Numbered from the stretch's first letter, positions 1-10,119 are shown. The stretch: 64,000 bases of DNA from a bacterium (GCA_021811365.1 JAJZPB010000002.1:8162-72161), one strand, 5' to 3'. Program-made: numbers and translations. The notes: generated by a model from the letters alone, not told the origin.

Positions 1-344
1 GCAAGACGCGGGTCCGTGACCTTGTCGAGTACCGAGAGCGCATTTTTTACGCCCTTCTCTTCGACAGCGCGAACGAGACTTTCGAGAGCCGCATCCTGAT
101 TGCCGTTTTCGATCTGCGAAAGAATATCCTGGGCCGCAGTCTCCATGGCCGGAGAACCCATTTGGTGGGCGCGCGCTGGCTCTTCGTGCGGCAGTTGTGC
201 ATAGGCATGCACCTGTTCAGAAACCACCTGCGCGCGCTCCGGAACTGCAAGCGTCTGCTGCGCGAGCTCCCGTTCCTTTTGCGCAACCTGGGCGCGCAGG
301 TATGCAAGCTCATCTTCTGGCGAATGCAGCAGCGGGCGTTCCAT
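1..344 (-). CDS. N-terminal part of a protein running off the window edge (MERPLLHSPEDELAYLRAQVAQKERELA...); function not determinable here
   Basis: Read manually: ATG at 344-342 opens a stop-free frame to position 1 with coiled-coil-like composition. It is absent from the ORF track because it is truncated. Confidence 0.7.
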   Translation of the reverse strand, partial: MERPLLHSPEDELAYLRAQVAQKERELAQQTLAVPERAQVVSEQVHAYAQLPHEEPARAHQMGSPAMETAAQDILSQIENGNQDAALESLVRAVEEKGVKNALSVLDKVTDPRL

Positions 345-419
345 TGCTCGTAAGTGTACCAGCTGAACGCCGGTATACTTTTCACAATCCCCGTCACCGC
401 CCCCGAACGAGTTGCTCCG

Positions 420-755
420 CTATGCGCGCTGCCAGAGGTGAAAAACCCAGTTAACCACCGCGAGCACGATAGCAAACAAAAGCGCGGCACCGAAGCTTGC
501 GATCGAGAACCCCGGAACCACGAAGGCGGCAAGCAGCACTATTACCCCGTTTATGATGAGCGAAAAAAGCCCAAGCGTAAGAATTGTCACCGGTAACGTG
601 AGCAAAAAAAGAATCGGACGTACCAGTATATTGAGCGCCCCGAGCACAACGGCGGCAACAAGCGCCCCCACCACCGTAACGGAAACGCCCGGGACAAGAT
701 ACGCGGCAATACCAATCGCTGCTGCTGAAATAAGCCAGTGGAATGCAATTTTCAT
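420..755 (-). CDS. YvlD/phage holin superfamily IV membrane protein
   Basis: MKIAFHWLISAAAI...LNILVRPILFLLTLPVTILTLGLFSLIING, four hydrophobic segments; start reassigned to ATG 755. Confidence 0.85.
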   Translation of the reverse strand: MKIAFHWLISAAAIGIAAYLVPGVSVTVVGALVAAVVLGALNILVRPILFLLTLPVTILTLGLFSLIINGVIVLLAAFVVPGFSIASFGAALLFAIVLAVVNWVFHLWQRA

Positions 756-814
756 GTGGAAATAGTAGCATACTGCGCAATCATCTTCTTGCGACGCCTG
801 CGCCTCTGGACGGG

Positions 815-1513
815 TTACGATACTAGATGCTCTCCTAGAAATGCGTCGACGAGGGCCCAAGCCTCCTTTGCGGACGATTCGTGATAGTGGTTGTCTGCTG
901 TACGCGCAAACGCATGGCCAGCCTCTGAAAACGTAACCTCGACAAACGGCTTGCCTCGAGCAGTAAGTGCATCGGAAACTGCACGCGTTTTTTCGGGCGT
1001 AATGTGGTCGTCCTTCCCTCCCCAAAGAAGCATTTGTGGACCAGCGAGCTTTTCTACGCGGTCAAGCAACTGCTCGGCAATGCCGCCACCATAAAAAGAA
1101 ACCGCGCACGCGAGCGGCAACGTTGCATTAGCAAGAAAACTTGCGCGGCCGCCCATACAGAAACCAAGCGCTGCTATACGACCTTCTGGTATGCCTTGCG
1201 CTGATAGCCAGTCATACGCAGCCTTGAGATCTGCAATGAGGCCCTCGTTTGTAAGCGCCTGCATGTGCGGCGCGACGCTCGGATAGTCGCTATATGAGAG
1301 TTCGGTGCCCGCTTCAGCACTTCGGTGGAATACTTCCGGCGCAATGGCGAGATACCCCTGCTGCCCAAACTGGTCGGTAACACTGCGGATATACTCGGTA
1401 ACCCCGAACGCCTCTTGAATAACAATGATGCCCGCGGCTGCGGTACCAAGCGGACGAGCGACGTGCGCTTGCATTTGCGTACTATCAGATACGGTGAGTG
1501 TGACGGTTTCCAT
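815..1513 (-). CDS. dienelactone hydrolase family protein
   Basis: QEAFG, GFCMGG nucleophile motif, GGKDDHI, AGHAF. Confidence 0.92.
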   Translation of the reverse strand: METVTLTVSDSTQMQAHVARPLGTAAAGIIVIQEAFGVTEYIRSVTDQFGQQGYLAIAPEVFHRSAEAGTELSYSDYPSVAPHMQALTNEGLIADLKAAYDWLSAQGIPEGRIAALGFCMGGRASFLANATLPLACAVSFYGGGIAEQLLDRVEKLAGPQMLLWGGKDDHITPEKTRAVSDALTARGKPFVEVTFSEAGHAFARTADNHYHESSAKEAWALVDAFLGEHLVS

Positions 1514-1559
1514 ATGAGTTGACTATAGCAGGCGGATAACTAAACGGACGGTGAACCCG

Positions 1560-2276
1560 CTAGCTCGCGAGCAGTACCACAACGAACAGCGTCGCTGCGC
1601 CCAGCAGCGTCATGATCGTGGTAAGAAAGCGAGGATGCTCGTGATAGCTTTCCGGAATGAGATCGCTTGCGGAAAGATACAAGAACGTGCCGACAAATAC
1701 GGCAAGCACCAAGCTTATCGCGGAGGCAGGAATGCGGAATAGCAGCGTCGACGCAGCGCCCAACACCGGAGCGATAGCATCGACAAATAGCCAGCGTGCG
1801 GCTCGCCCTGCGCTGCCGCGATTACGCAGCACGAGATTGACCGTATTTATGCCATCCGAAAAGTCATGCGTCAGTACCGCAGCGGTTACGATCGCGCCGA
1901 CTGCGGCTGACGCCTGGAACCCTATCCCGATTGCAATGCCGTCGAGAAAGCTATGTACCGAGAGCGTGAGCGCGCCGAAGAAACCGCGCGGCTCATTCTC
2001 TTGGTGCGCCTCTCCGTGCGCATGCAAAAGAATGAGCCGGTCAAGCACTAAGTAGCCAAAAAGACCGAGTGATATGAAAAGCGCAATTGTTTTAGGAGGA
2101 TAGTAGGCCGTGCCGAGCGAGATTGCCTCAGGCAAAAGATCGTACAACGCAACACCGGCGACCGCACCCGCGGAGAACCCGAGAATGAGGTGGAGACGGT
2201 CACGAAACTTCAGCGCGAAAGAGCCGCCGATGAGCGTAGCGATAAACGCCCCGAGTGCCAAAAGGAGTACGAACAT
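1560..2276 (-). CDS. ZIP family metal transporter
   Basis: HSFLDGIAIG and HDFSDG motifs, His-rich loop; start at MFVLLLALG. Confidence 0.88.
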   Translation of the reverse strand: MFVLLLALGAFIATLIGGSFALKFRDRLHLILGFSAGAVAGVALYDLLPEAISLGTAYYPPKTIALFISLGLFGYLVLDRLILLHAHGEAHQENEPRGFFGALTLSVHSFLDGIAIGIGFQASAAVGAIVTAAVLTHDFSDGINTVNLVLRNRGSAGRAARWLFVDAIAPVLGAASTLLFRIPASAISLVLAVFVGTFLYLSASDLIPESYHEHPRFLTTIMTLLGAATLFVVVLLAS

Positions 2277-2333
2277 TGTGGGTATAGTAGCGCAACTACG
2301 AACCCGTAACAACACGCAGCTGCCATTCAAGAT

Positions 2334-2777
2334 TCAGAACCGCAATGGTTTTGCTGGCGTCAGTATAGCGGACGGGTCGGTTCGCCACGCGTCGCCAATG
2401 TCGGCATACAGCTCGAGCTCGTTGCCGTCTGGGTCGAGTATGTACAGGCTGTGGGTTACGGTATGATCGGCGGTACCAACGATGGTCACCCCCTGTGCAC
2501 GTAATTCCTGATACGCTTGTTTTGCGGCGCCCGGTCCGTCGCCAATCTTGAAGCCGATATGATACAAGCCCGGGCGCATCTCGCGCGCTCGCTCCGGTTG
2601 CGGGACTCCTCCCACCTCAATCAGCAGCAACTCGTGGTGCGTGCGGCCACCTGAGAAGAGCGCCATCGGCCACGTGCGCGCAATTTCCGTAAAACCAAGC
2701 GTGTCTCTGTAAAAATCTGCACTGCGTGCGAGGTTAGTAACATAAAGTACGACGTGCCCGAGCTCATGAATGCGCAT
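2334..2777 (-). CDS. VOC/glyoxalase family protein
   Basis: LGHVVLYV...FYRDTLG, GLYHIGF, SLYILDPDGNELELY. Confidence 0.9.
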   Translation of the reverse strand: MRIHELGHVVLYVTNLARSADFYRDTLGFTEIARTWPMALFSGGRTHHELLLIEVGGVPQPERAREMRPGLYHIGFKIGDGPGAAKQAYQELRAQGVTIVGTADHTVTHSLYILDPDGNELELYADIGDAWRTDPSAILTPAKPLRF

Positions 2778-2841
2778 ACGGTAATGATACCAAAGACAAA
2801 AGCGCGGCTGGTGGTACCAGCCGCGCTTTTGCGAAAATTCG

Positions 2842-3579
2842 CTAGCCCTGTGTGCTTGTTGCTGTGCCGCTCGATCCCAGCTCCTGGTCAATGGCTTGCT
2901 GGAACGTGGCGTACGGGTATGCCCCGGCGATCATTTGCGTACCAATAACGAATGACGGGGTCGCGCTGATGCCGAACTTCGCCGCTTCCGTTTTGTCTGC
3001 ATTGATTTGCGCATCGTACTTCACCTGGTTAGCAGCCACATCTGCCTCCACCTTAGCCACGTCTATGCCTTGAACCGTTGCGGTAGTTGTCTTCAGGAAG
3101 GCGAGGTTCGCTGACGCGCTCATGCTGTTTTCCTGCGGTTCGCTGCTGTAGATTGCGGTGCGCCACGCAAGGAACTGGTTCGGATACAAGCTCCAAATCG
3201 AACGTGCCCACTCGGCATCAACCATCGAGTCAGGCCCAAGGAACTGGAAGTCTTTGAACACCACGCGCACCTTCCCCGCGTTTACATAGTTTTGGAGAAT
3301 CTGCGGCAGGGTAGAAATTTCCCACTGTTTGCAGAATGGGCACTGGTAGTCAGACCACTCTGCAATGGTTACCGGAGCATTTGGGTTACCGATGAACGGC
3401 TCACCGTTCGTCTGGACATCCTTAATATTTACGCTTGGTGCAGCACCGGTATTCCCCGCCGTCGTTCCGGTAGTGCCCGAGGGGTGCGAACCATTCCAAA
3501 TCACCGCACCGGCAATGAGCAAACCCGCGACTACCACAGCGCCGCCTAAGAAAAGTGGATTGTTATTCGAATTATTCAT
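2842..3579 (-). CDS. DsbA/thioredoxin-domain protein with N-terminal membrane anchor
   Basis: SDYQCPFC active site, cis-Pro motif ATPSF, GAYPY. Confidence 0.9.
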   Translation of the reverse strand: MNNSNNNPLFLGGAVVVAGLLIAGAVIWNGSHPSGTTGTTAGNTGAAPSVNIKDVQTNGEPFIGNPNAPVTIAEWSDYQCPFCKQWEISTLPQILQNYVNAGKVRVVFKDFQFLGPDSMVDAEWARSIWSLYPNQFLAWRTAIYSSEPQENSMSASANLAFLKTTTATVQGIDVAKVEADVAANQVKYDAQINADKTEAAKFGISATPSFVIGTQMIAGAYPYATFQQAIDQELGSSGTATSTQG

Positions 3580-3658
3580 ATTGAGTGATTATGCCATCGC
3601 ATCAGACGAATGCAACGGATGTACTACAGCCGTACGCGCCTAATGCTACCATGCCGAC

Positions 3659-3961
3659 ATGGATTCATTTCGACAGGCCGTGTACAGAGCGACGGCGCAG
3701 ATTCCCAGCGGGAAAGTGGCTACCTATGGCCAAATTGCTCGCCTAGCGGGGCGCCCTAAAGCGGCGCGTGCAGTCGGCCAATTCATGGCAAAAAACAACG
3801 ACCCTAAGCACATCCCCTGCCATCGTGTAGTCGGCAGCACGGGCGCACTTACCGGCTACGCATTCGACGGTGTACTGATGAAGCGCAAGAAATTGCTCGA
3901 CGAGGGAGTCGTTTTCAAAGGGACGCGCGTGGACCTCGACCAGTCATGCTGGAATCGCTAG
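3659..3961 (+). CDS. MGMT family methylated-DNA-protein-cysteine methyltransferase (C-terminal domain only)
   Basis: IPSGKVATYGQIA, AARAVG, PCHRVV. Confidence 0.9.
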   Translation: MDSFRQAVYRATAQIPSGKVATYGQIARLAGRPKAARAVGQFMAKNNDPKHIPCHRVVGSTGALTGYAFDGVLMKRKKLLDEGVVFKGTRVDLDQSCWNR

Positions 3962-4033
3962 ACGCGGTTGCCGAGCAGAATCCGCTTACTCACTACTACT
4001 TCCCGCCTGCGCAGCTACGAACGATTTGCGCGG

Positions 4034-5209
4034 TTACTGGTATTGAATGTAGATAGGGGTTGGCGTAAGGCTAAGAACCTCCTGCGGCGTTAGCATCCGT
4101 GTTGACGGCGGCTTAAGATCTGCATGGTAGAAAAGCTTCATGCCGGTGAACTGCACCGGGTACGGCTCAATGATCCGCTTGTAGGTATTAAATTTCCGTG
4201 CCGGTTCTCCCCAACCATCCATATCCATTACCACTTCTACTTGGGGAAGCGGCCGTATGTCGGAAACGCCCGTTACCATGTCGTAGGTAAAGCGATGCAC
4301 GATGAGGACCTTCGGCGCGAGGTGGTTTTCTTTTACTATCGTTGCGAGGAAACTCGCAGCATAATTCACATCGCCAGCGTTAAACGTGCCGATAACCGTG
4401 CCCGGGGCATTGCCGTATTTCATCGAGAACTCGGGGTCAATGCCAAGCTCGACATTCGGCAACTTAAGCCACTTCTCGAGCGGCGGCAGTTCCTGTTCCA
4501 GCGTGCTCTGCCCCACCTGCACGTCAAGAATAAGCAAACCATGAATTTGATTCGCCATGTCTAGCGCCTTTTGTATCTGACTGTCGGGCATGCGCGCTCG
4601 CCACTTCCCATCCGGCCCGGGCTGGCCCTGCGCCACAACAGCAATGTACTGGATTGCGGGAATGGTCGGCGTCGTCGGGTCGGCCTTTGCCCACATCTCG
4701 GTCGTAGACGCTAGCTTGGCGAGAACGACCGCGGGCGAGTATTCGCCGAGTACGCCCATCTTTGTCGAATAAAAATTCCCATAGTAGGCAACAATGCGCT
4801 TGAACGGCAACAGCGCGCCGCCCTGCGGGTATACCGTTGCCTTTGGCCAAAGCGCCCCTGGTATAGACACGCTTGTCGTTGCCGTCCACTGAGGCATAGC
4901 GACCGGTTTCGTCGACGTAGCTCCGGGTATAGGCGAAGGAGGTGCGACATAGTGTGCAAGAGCGAGCATTCGCTTGTTGTACGCGACCTTGTCGAGCGGC
5001 AGCGGCCAGAGCGGTTGCGCCGGTGCAACCGCTACCGTGCGCACATACACCATTGGTGAAATGTCCGCCCGGTTGGCAGCATAGGCTCCCGCCGCCACAA
5101 ACGCAGCAGCTCCTAAAAGGGCGAACGAACGAACGCTCACTGCGCTCGAAAGGTCAGAAGCGCGTGCGAAGATACGACGAGACCGACGCGGCTCTACGGG
5201 TTTGTTCAT
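4034..5209 (-). CDS. exported hypothetical protein (possible glycoside-hydrolase-like barrel)
   Basis: 391-aa ORF with N-terminal hydrophobic segment and motifs RIVAYYG, LDVQVG, LGIDPEF, MDGWG. Confidence 0.65.
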   Translation of the reverse strand: MNKPVEPRRSRRIFARASDLSSAVSVRSFALLGAAAFVAAGAYAANRADISPMVYVRTVAVAPAQPLWPLPLDKVAYNKRMLALAHYVAPPSPIPGATSTKPVAMPQWTATTSVSIPGALWPKATVYPQGGALLPFKRIVAYYGNFYSTKMGVLGEYSPAVVLAKLASTTEMWAKADPTTPTIPAIQYIAVVAQGQPGPDGKWRARMPDSQIQKALDMANQIHGLLILDVQVGQSTLEQELPPLEKWLKLPNVELGIDPEFSMKYGNAPGTVIGTFNAGDVNYAASFLATIVKENHLAPKVLIVHRFTYDMVTGVSDIRPLPQVEVVMDMDGWGEPARKFNTYKRIIEPYPVQFTGMKLFYHADLKPPSTRMLTPQEVLSLTPTPIYIQYQ

Positions 5210-5300
5210 GAAAGTATGACGTAAAAAGTACCGGTATTCTACCTTTCTATCGCAAAAACGCGAAGCGACTCGACAGCGTTTTCCGCATCCGGCAGCCGTT

Positions 5301-6644
5301 TTAGCCAGTAATCACTACTTTGTCGATACCGAAGATTTGACGCATTGAGTAGTGCGAGTTGAAACTGACGTCGTTTCCGTTTGGAATATACGGGTCGCGC
5401 ATAACGTAATTGCCCTTACTACCACTCACGAGCACGACATAGTGGGTGCCGCCATACGCGTTTATTCCTACAATGACCGGCGTGCCTTGTGCGAGCGACG
5501 GGTCAATAGCGGCTATCTTTTGACGCGTCGCCGTAACGCCGTCGGCGCTGATAGTGAAGAGCAAATATGCCGGGTAGTAAGCGGCAAAGTTCCCAGGATT
5601 ATCGTTAATCGTGAGTGGCGTCACATTGCGATAGCCGTAGTGCGTGAAGACCATTGCCATCGCCGTAATAAGGCAGCCGTCACTCTTTAGCTTGTACTGT
5701 GTTCCGTTGAGCGGGTCATTCCCCCAAGCCGCATCGCGCTGGTTATAGTAGCAACCCCAACTATCGCAGCTCGTTTGATTTGCGAGAAGCCCCGAACCGC
5801 CCGCGTTTTGCGTAAAGGCGGAGAAGCTGCCGAGTTCAGCTTTTGCCTGCGCAAGCAGTTTTTCGTACGTAGATTCTTTTGCATTCGTCTGGGCAAGCAG
5901 GTTTGCCTTCGACTGCTTTGTTTGCACAAGCGAACTTTGCTGCGACGCAAGGGTCGCACGCTGCGAAACCAAGGTCGCCTGTTTCTGCTGCGAGCTCGCC
6001 TGCGAGTAAGCAAGCTGCTGCACCTCGCCCTGCAGCTCCTGAAGCTTTTCACGAATAGCGACCTGTAGCTGCACGGTCTGATCAACATCCTGCCACATCT
6101 GCGTTAAGCTTTTCGATGAAAAAAACTGCACGATAAGCGGGCTCGCGTCCGCTTGCTGCATGAAGCGCAGATTTTCCCCTACCGCTGCTTGGTTCGCCTC
6201 AATTGCGCTCTGTGTACTCATTATATTATTTCCGAGCTGTCGGAGCTGTAGCTGAATGGAGTCAATTTGGTTCTGGGTAGCCGAAATCTGCGCCTGCACC
6301 TTTTTCCGCTGTAAATCAAGCGTGTTAATCGCCGCTTGAAGCGTCTTCTTATCGGCTCCCGCCTTTTGAATTGCCGATTCGTATTTTGCTATTTCAGCGT
6401 TGAGCTGAAGAATTTCTGCCGAATGCGCGTTAATCTGGCTTTGCAGATTACTGAGCGCAGTGGATGATGCACTCGTGTTGTTGGATGAATTTCCCGCGGC
6501 AGTAGCCGCTAAGACGACGCGTACGTTCTGAACAAACAGTGCAAACGCACCGAGCGCAAAAATGGCTGCACCCGCAATGACGAATGGCGTACGAAACCTG
6601 CCCATCTTCACTATCGTATCACTTCCCATTCCGCTTTTGAACAC
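5301..6644 (-). CDS. secreted coiled-coil protein with C-terminal C39-like cysteine peptidase (CwlO/PcsB-like architecture)
   Basis: Signal/TM segment, long Q/A-rich coiled coil, YYNQRD..WG, GCLITAMAM, HYVVL, DP. Confidence 0.75.
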   Translation of the reverse strand: MFKSGMGSDTIVKMGRFRTPFVIAGAAIFALGAFALFVQNVRVVLAATAAGNSSNNTSASSTALSNLQSQINAHSAEILQLNAEIAKYESAIQKAGADKKTLQAAINTLDLQRKKVQAQISATQNQIDSIQLQLRQLGNNIMSTQSAIEANQAAVGENLRFMQQADASPLIVQFFSSKSLTQMWQDVDQTVQLQVAIREKLQELQGEVQQLAYSQASSQQKQATLVSQRATLASQQSSLVQTKQSKANLLAQTNAKESTYEKLLAQAKAELGSFSAFTQNAGGSGLLANQTSCDSWGCYYNQRDAAWGNDPLNGTQYKLKSDGCLITAMAMVFTHYGYRNVTPLTINDNPGNFAAYYPAYLLFTISADGVTATRQKIAAIDPSLAQGTPVIVGINAYGGTHYVVLVSGSKGNYVMRDPYIPNGNDVSFNSHYSMRQIFGIDKVVITG

Positions 6645-6741
6645 CTCGCGCGCTCCCTCAAGGAGTCACGTGCACATTCTTACTAAAGACTCGTAAAAAA
6701 AACTTTGTAACTACCGTACGGATTGGCGCTCATACAATAAC

Positions 6742-6771
6742 CAACCCCCGACGCTACTGCGTCGGGGGTTG
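6742..6771. terminator. intrinsic terminator-like hairpin downstream of 6787..7281
   Basis: caacccccgacgc-tact-gcgtcgggggttg inverted repeat. Confidence 0.6.
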
Positions 6772-6786
6772 TATACAGTTGGTGCT

Positions 6787-7281
6787 TTACTTAGCCCACT
6801 TAGCCCGGAGCAGCCACCCGGGCAAGCTTTCTCCCTCCAAGCGAAGCAACCACGAGTTGTCCCGCACCACCCTCATGAGGGCCAGGTTCTGGCCATACGT
6901 TCCGCGATACACTGGCCATCGTGCACGCTGCTCCGCGGTGAGCGGCACCGTCGGTTGAATCGGGTGCCCATGTTGCGCCGCGAATCGCCACAACACCAGC
7001 CTTGAGCAGAAGTCGGCATGGTCACCTAGTCCTGCCTCGTCGAAGGCTTGCTGTAGTCTCTGTCCTGCTGGCGTACAATGGACCGTATCGCCCGCAACGG
7101 TTTTTTCCTGGCCATACGCCTCAGCAAGCGTATGCGTAATTGCCACTGAGCCCTCGTTAGCGATTGACGCACTTTTCTGATCTTGGAATCGCCAGTCCGC
7201 GATACCCAACACCAGAACAACAATCGATACCAGTATCGCCCCTGCAGTACGGAACGATACGTAACGTGTATGCGTACGCAT
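6787..7281 (-). CDS. hypothetical membrane-anchored protein
   Basis: 164-aa ORF with one N-terminal TM segment, followed by a hairpin. Confidence 0.55.
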   Translation of the reverse strand: MRTHTRYVSFRTAGAILVSIVVLVLGIADWRFQDQKSASIANEGSVAITHTLAEAYGQEKTVAGDTVHCTPAGQRLQQAFDEAGLGDHADFCSRLVLWRFAAQHGHPIQPTVPLTAEQRARWPVYRGTYGQNLALMRVVRDNSWLLRLEGESLPGWLLRAKWAK

Positions 7282-7443
7282 CGGGTTCTCCCTGTCTCTT
7301 TAGGTTGCTACGTATCCATCTAATATTCTGATGGATTCTTGCTATTATGTCAACTCTCGGTCTAAGCAGAGACATCCGGTGCCGCCCGCCGCATCACTGG
7401 CGCTCTGCACGAGATTACGAGAACGCGGTTGCGATTGCGGTTG

Positions 7444-8163
7444 CTACGCAGATACGCCAATAAGCGTGCCCACGTAATATGTAACGAGCATCGCAAGCGC
7501 ACCCCCAAGCACGACGCGCACGATAGCGCGCATATAGGGAGCACGACTCACTCTTGCGCTCGCATACCCCGTTATAAAAAGCGCACCGAGAACCGACAGA
7601 AACGTTACTGTAATCCGTATAGACGCGGGAGGGAGCAATATTGCAGCGAGCGGTATCGCGCCGCCGACACTAAAAGAAAGAAACGACGCGAGCGAGGCTT
7701 GCCATGGGTTGGTCAGGTCAGATGGATCAATGCCAAGTTCTGCCTCGGCATGCGCGAGAAACTCATCGTGAGCCGAGAGTTCGCGCGCAACCGTCGCGGC
7801 TGTTTCTTCCGAAAGCCCTTTTTCTCGATACAGCCGCTTCAGCTCCTCAAATTCTTCCCGCGGATAATCTCTCAGTTCTCCTCGTTCTTTCTCGAGTAGC
7901 GCTTTCTCAGTATCGCGCTGGCTCGATACCGACACGTACTCCCCCGCTGCCATCGAAAACGCTCCCGCAAGCAGTCCTGCAACGCCGCTAATGAGGATTA
8001 CGCGAGTATCGGCAGTTGCTCCCGCCACGCCCACGACAATCGAAGCATTTGAGATGATGCCGTCATTCGCCCCGAGTACTGCGGCGCGTAGTCGATTCAT
8101 CATACTGTTGCTTACCACAGCATCGCTTACATTGTGCGAAACCGGCCGCTGATTGTCATCCAT
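7444..8163 (-). CDS. VIT1/CCC1 family iron/manganese transporter
   Basis: LRAAVLGANDG, SMAAGEYVSVSSQRD, NPWQASLAS; start at MDDNQ. Confidence 0.92.
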   Translation of the reverse strand: MDDNQRPVSHNVSDAVVSNSMMNRLRAAVLGANDGIISNASIVVGVAGATADTRVILISGVAGLLAGAFSMAAGEYVSVSSQRDTEKALLEKERGELRDYPREEFEELKRLYREKGLSEETAATVARELSAHDEFLAHAEAELGIDPSDLTNPWQASLASFLSFSVGGAIPLAAILLPPASIRITVTFLSVLGALFITGYASARVSRAPYMRAIVRVVLGGALAMLVTYYVGTLIGVSA

Positions 8164-8230
8164 GCAGACAGTAGTATACCAAGAGTCGGGAAAGGTCCCC
8201 GGGAGCATCTGAGATGTAAGCCAGGGGACA

Positions 8231-8560
8231 CTAATTGTCAAAACCACTTTCGTGCCCTTCGCGAGAGCGGATTACCGGCGGCGCAGTAACCGGCTGCGAC
8301 GGAGCGCTAGCAGTTGTGTTACTCGGCGCTTGCGTCGAAGCTCCCGCTGCCCCCGAAAGTGTGGTGCTTGCTGGTTTCGAATTCTCAGCGCTTGTTTTCT
8401 GTGTAGAAGTAGCTGCGCTCGTTGTGGCAGAGCTGGGTCGCGCGACTACTTCCTGACCGACCGCGATGAGCCCGATCACGAGTACGGTTCCCAGAATGAA
8501 AACGAAGTTGTCTTCGATGCGTGGCATAGGTACGTGCATTTTCGCGTGGAATGATACCAC
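8231..8560 (-). CDS. hypothetical protein (TM segment plus S/T/A-rich tail)
   Basis: Hydrophobic segment followed by a low-complexity linker; start uncertain. Confidence 0.5.
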   Translation of the reverse strand: MVSFHAKMHVPMPRIEDNFVFILGTVLVIGLIAVGQEVVARPSSATTSAATSTQKTSAENSKPASTTLSGAAGASTQAPSNTTASAPSQPVTAPPVIRSREGHESGFDN

Positions 8561-8619
8561 GCGCGTTCGTAGCCGAAAGCCTTCGCTGGTACCCTAACCT
8601 TCTGCTTATGGAGGGTTAC

Positions 8620-8976
8620 TTAATCGTGGCGCTTTGAAAGCGCGGCGGTGTGCGCTTCTATGGCGGCTGTCAGGCGGTCAATCTTTGCTCCCAACACCGC
8701 AAACGAATCTTCACCGTGCGTCATAGGAGCGCTGCGTCGCGGAGCATCATTGTGCGAGGGTCCGTCTTCCTTTCCTCTAAAGCAGTTCCGGCAGTAGACC
8801 GGCTTCTTGCCATTGGGCTTAAACGGAACTTCGCATGCATCCCCGCATTCGTTACAGGTAGCCTGGAAGCGTTCAGCGGGCGCATCGTCCCGAGCGTATC
8901 CTCGCTTGGCGCCATACGGAGCACGTACGCCAAACGGCTTCTTCGTAAAGCCCGGGGATTTTGTGAATGTTTTCAT
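8620..8976 (-). CDS. CxxC-x17-CxxC zinc-ribbon protein
   Basis: ATCNECGDACEVPFKPNGKKPVYCRNCF; start at MKTFTK. Confidence 0.85.
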   Translation of the reverse strand: MKTFTKSPGFTKKPFGVRAPYGAKRGYARDDAPAERFQATCNECGDACEVPFKPNGKKPVYCRNCFRGKEDGPSHNDAPRRSAPMTHGEDSFAVLGAKIDRLTAAIEAHTAALSKRHD

Positions 8977-9177
8977 GTGATAGTTGTTATGTACCAGAAT
9001 ACCACATGTTCGTGTATATGACAACATTGCTGTCAGCTCTGCTGGTAGCAAGATCGCGCAGATGGTGGTGATGCGTGGCATGTGCACATGATCGTCTATG
9101 TGTGGCGCAGATGCATAAAGTGGTGGTGTGCCTCCGTGGACAATCGCCCGCCATACCGGGTCTGTATGGAAATGAGA

Positions 9178-9203
9178 ACCCCGCGTCGTGGTAAACGCGG
9201 GGT
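9178..9203. other. GC-rich hairpin about 50 nt downstream of the putative DGR variable region
   Basis: accccgcgt-cgtggtaa-acgcggggt, 9-bp stem. Confidence 0.55.
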
Positions 9204-9252
9204 AAGAGGACAAAAGCCCAAGGACCAAGATCCGAGGTTCAATGTTCCAAGT

Positions 9253-9855
9253 TCAACTTGCACGCACTGCGGCGGGGTTGCCGTTGTCCCAGCCGTCGTC
9301 GAGCCAGAAGTCGCTCCAGCGCCACCCGCCGTCGTCCCAGTAGAGGCAGCGGACGCCAAAGCAGCCGTTGCAGTCGCGGTAGACGGTGCCCCAGAAGAAG
9401 ATGTAGCGGGTGTTGCCCTGCCCATCCTTTTCCCACTCCTCGGGAATGAGGTGCGGATTGGCCAGCAGGTAGTCGAGGACGTTGGCATTGAGCACTGGCG
9501 TGCTCTTTTCCGTAAGCTCCTTGCGAAGCCTATTGCCTTCGATGACCTTCCCGTTCATCTGGCCGCTTGCGAGATAGAGTTCCACCTGCGAGGCGTCCCA
9601 CGTGAAGGTGCCCCCTTTCTGGTGTTCCTCCACCGTCCACCCGCCTTTCTCCCACGGGTTGAACGGGTCGGCGTCGCAGTCAATGACGTGTTCGACGACG
9701 CTGAAGTCCGCGCGGCGGAACGCCAGCTTGAGTTCGTTGGCTTGGCCAACATCGAGCATCAAATCTTTGCCCATCGTTGTACTCCGAATTACGGCGGTGT
9801 TCTTGCAAACCGTGGCGCGTGCCAGCGGGCTCCCTCGGGTTTGAGGGTTTGCCAT
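9253..9855 (-). CDS. hypothetical protein with a DGR-target-like C-terminus (putative variable repeat about 9256-9380)
   Basis: Ends VRCLYWDDGGWRWSDFWLDDGWDNGNPAAVRAS*; terminal codons are mostly NNC between fixed TGG codons; alternative start at 9774. Confidence 0.6.
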   Translation of the reverse strand: MANPQTRGSPLARATVCKNTAVIRSTTMGKDLMLDVGQANELKLAFRRADFSVVEHVIDCDADPFNPWEKGGWTVEEHQKGGTFTWDASQVELYLASGQMNGKVIEGNRLRKELTEKSTPVLNANVLDYLLANPHLIPEEWEKDGQGNTRYIFFWGTVYRDCNGCFGVRCLYWDDGGWRWSDFWLDDGWDNGNPAAVRAS

Positions 9856-10034
9856 GGCAGACAAAGGCCGAATATCGGCCGCTCTCTGCTACGGCAAACC
9901 GCGCACTAGCAAAGTACCGTTCCCTGTGAGTATTATTACACAATACGATGCGGTTAGTCAATAGTGTACGCCTAATGGGCACGCGAGACTCTGCTCACGT
10001 CGCGTAACACTATGTATTACTAAGTACTACTCGG

Positions 10035-10105
10035 CTGCCGGACTTGGAATCGAACCAAGATTGAGAGCTTCAAAGGCTCCTGTCCTACCTTTAGACGATC
10101 CGGCA
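10035..10105 (-). tRNA. tRNA-Gln (anticodon TTG)
   Basis: Minus strand tgccggatcgtctaaaggtaggacaggagcct-TTG-aagctctcaatcttggttcgattccaagtccggcag folds as a cloverleaf; CCA not encoded. Confidence 0.93.
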
Positions 10106-10119
10106 ATGGGACTACCCTA

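Noticed and set aside
420-755. Phage holin as evidence of a lysis cassette
   Set aside because: YvlD-type membrane proteins are common chromosomal genes, and there is no endolysin or phage context nearby.
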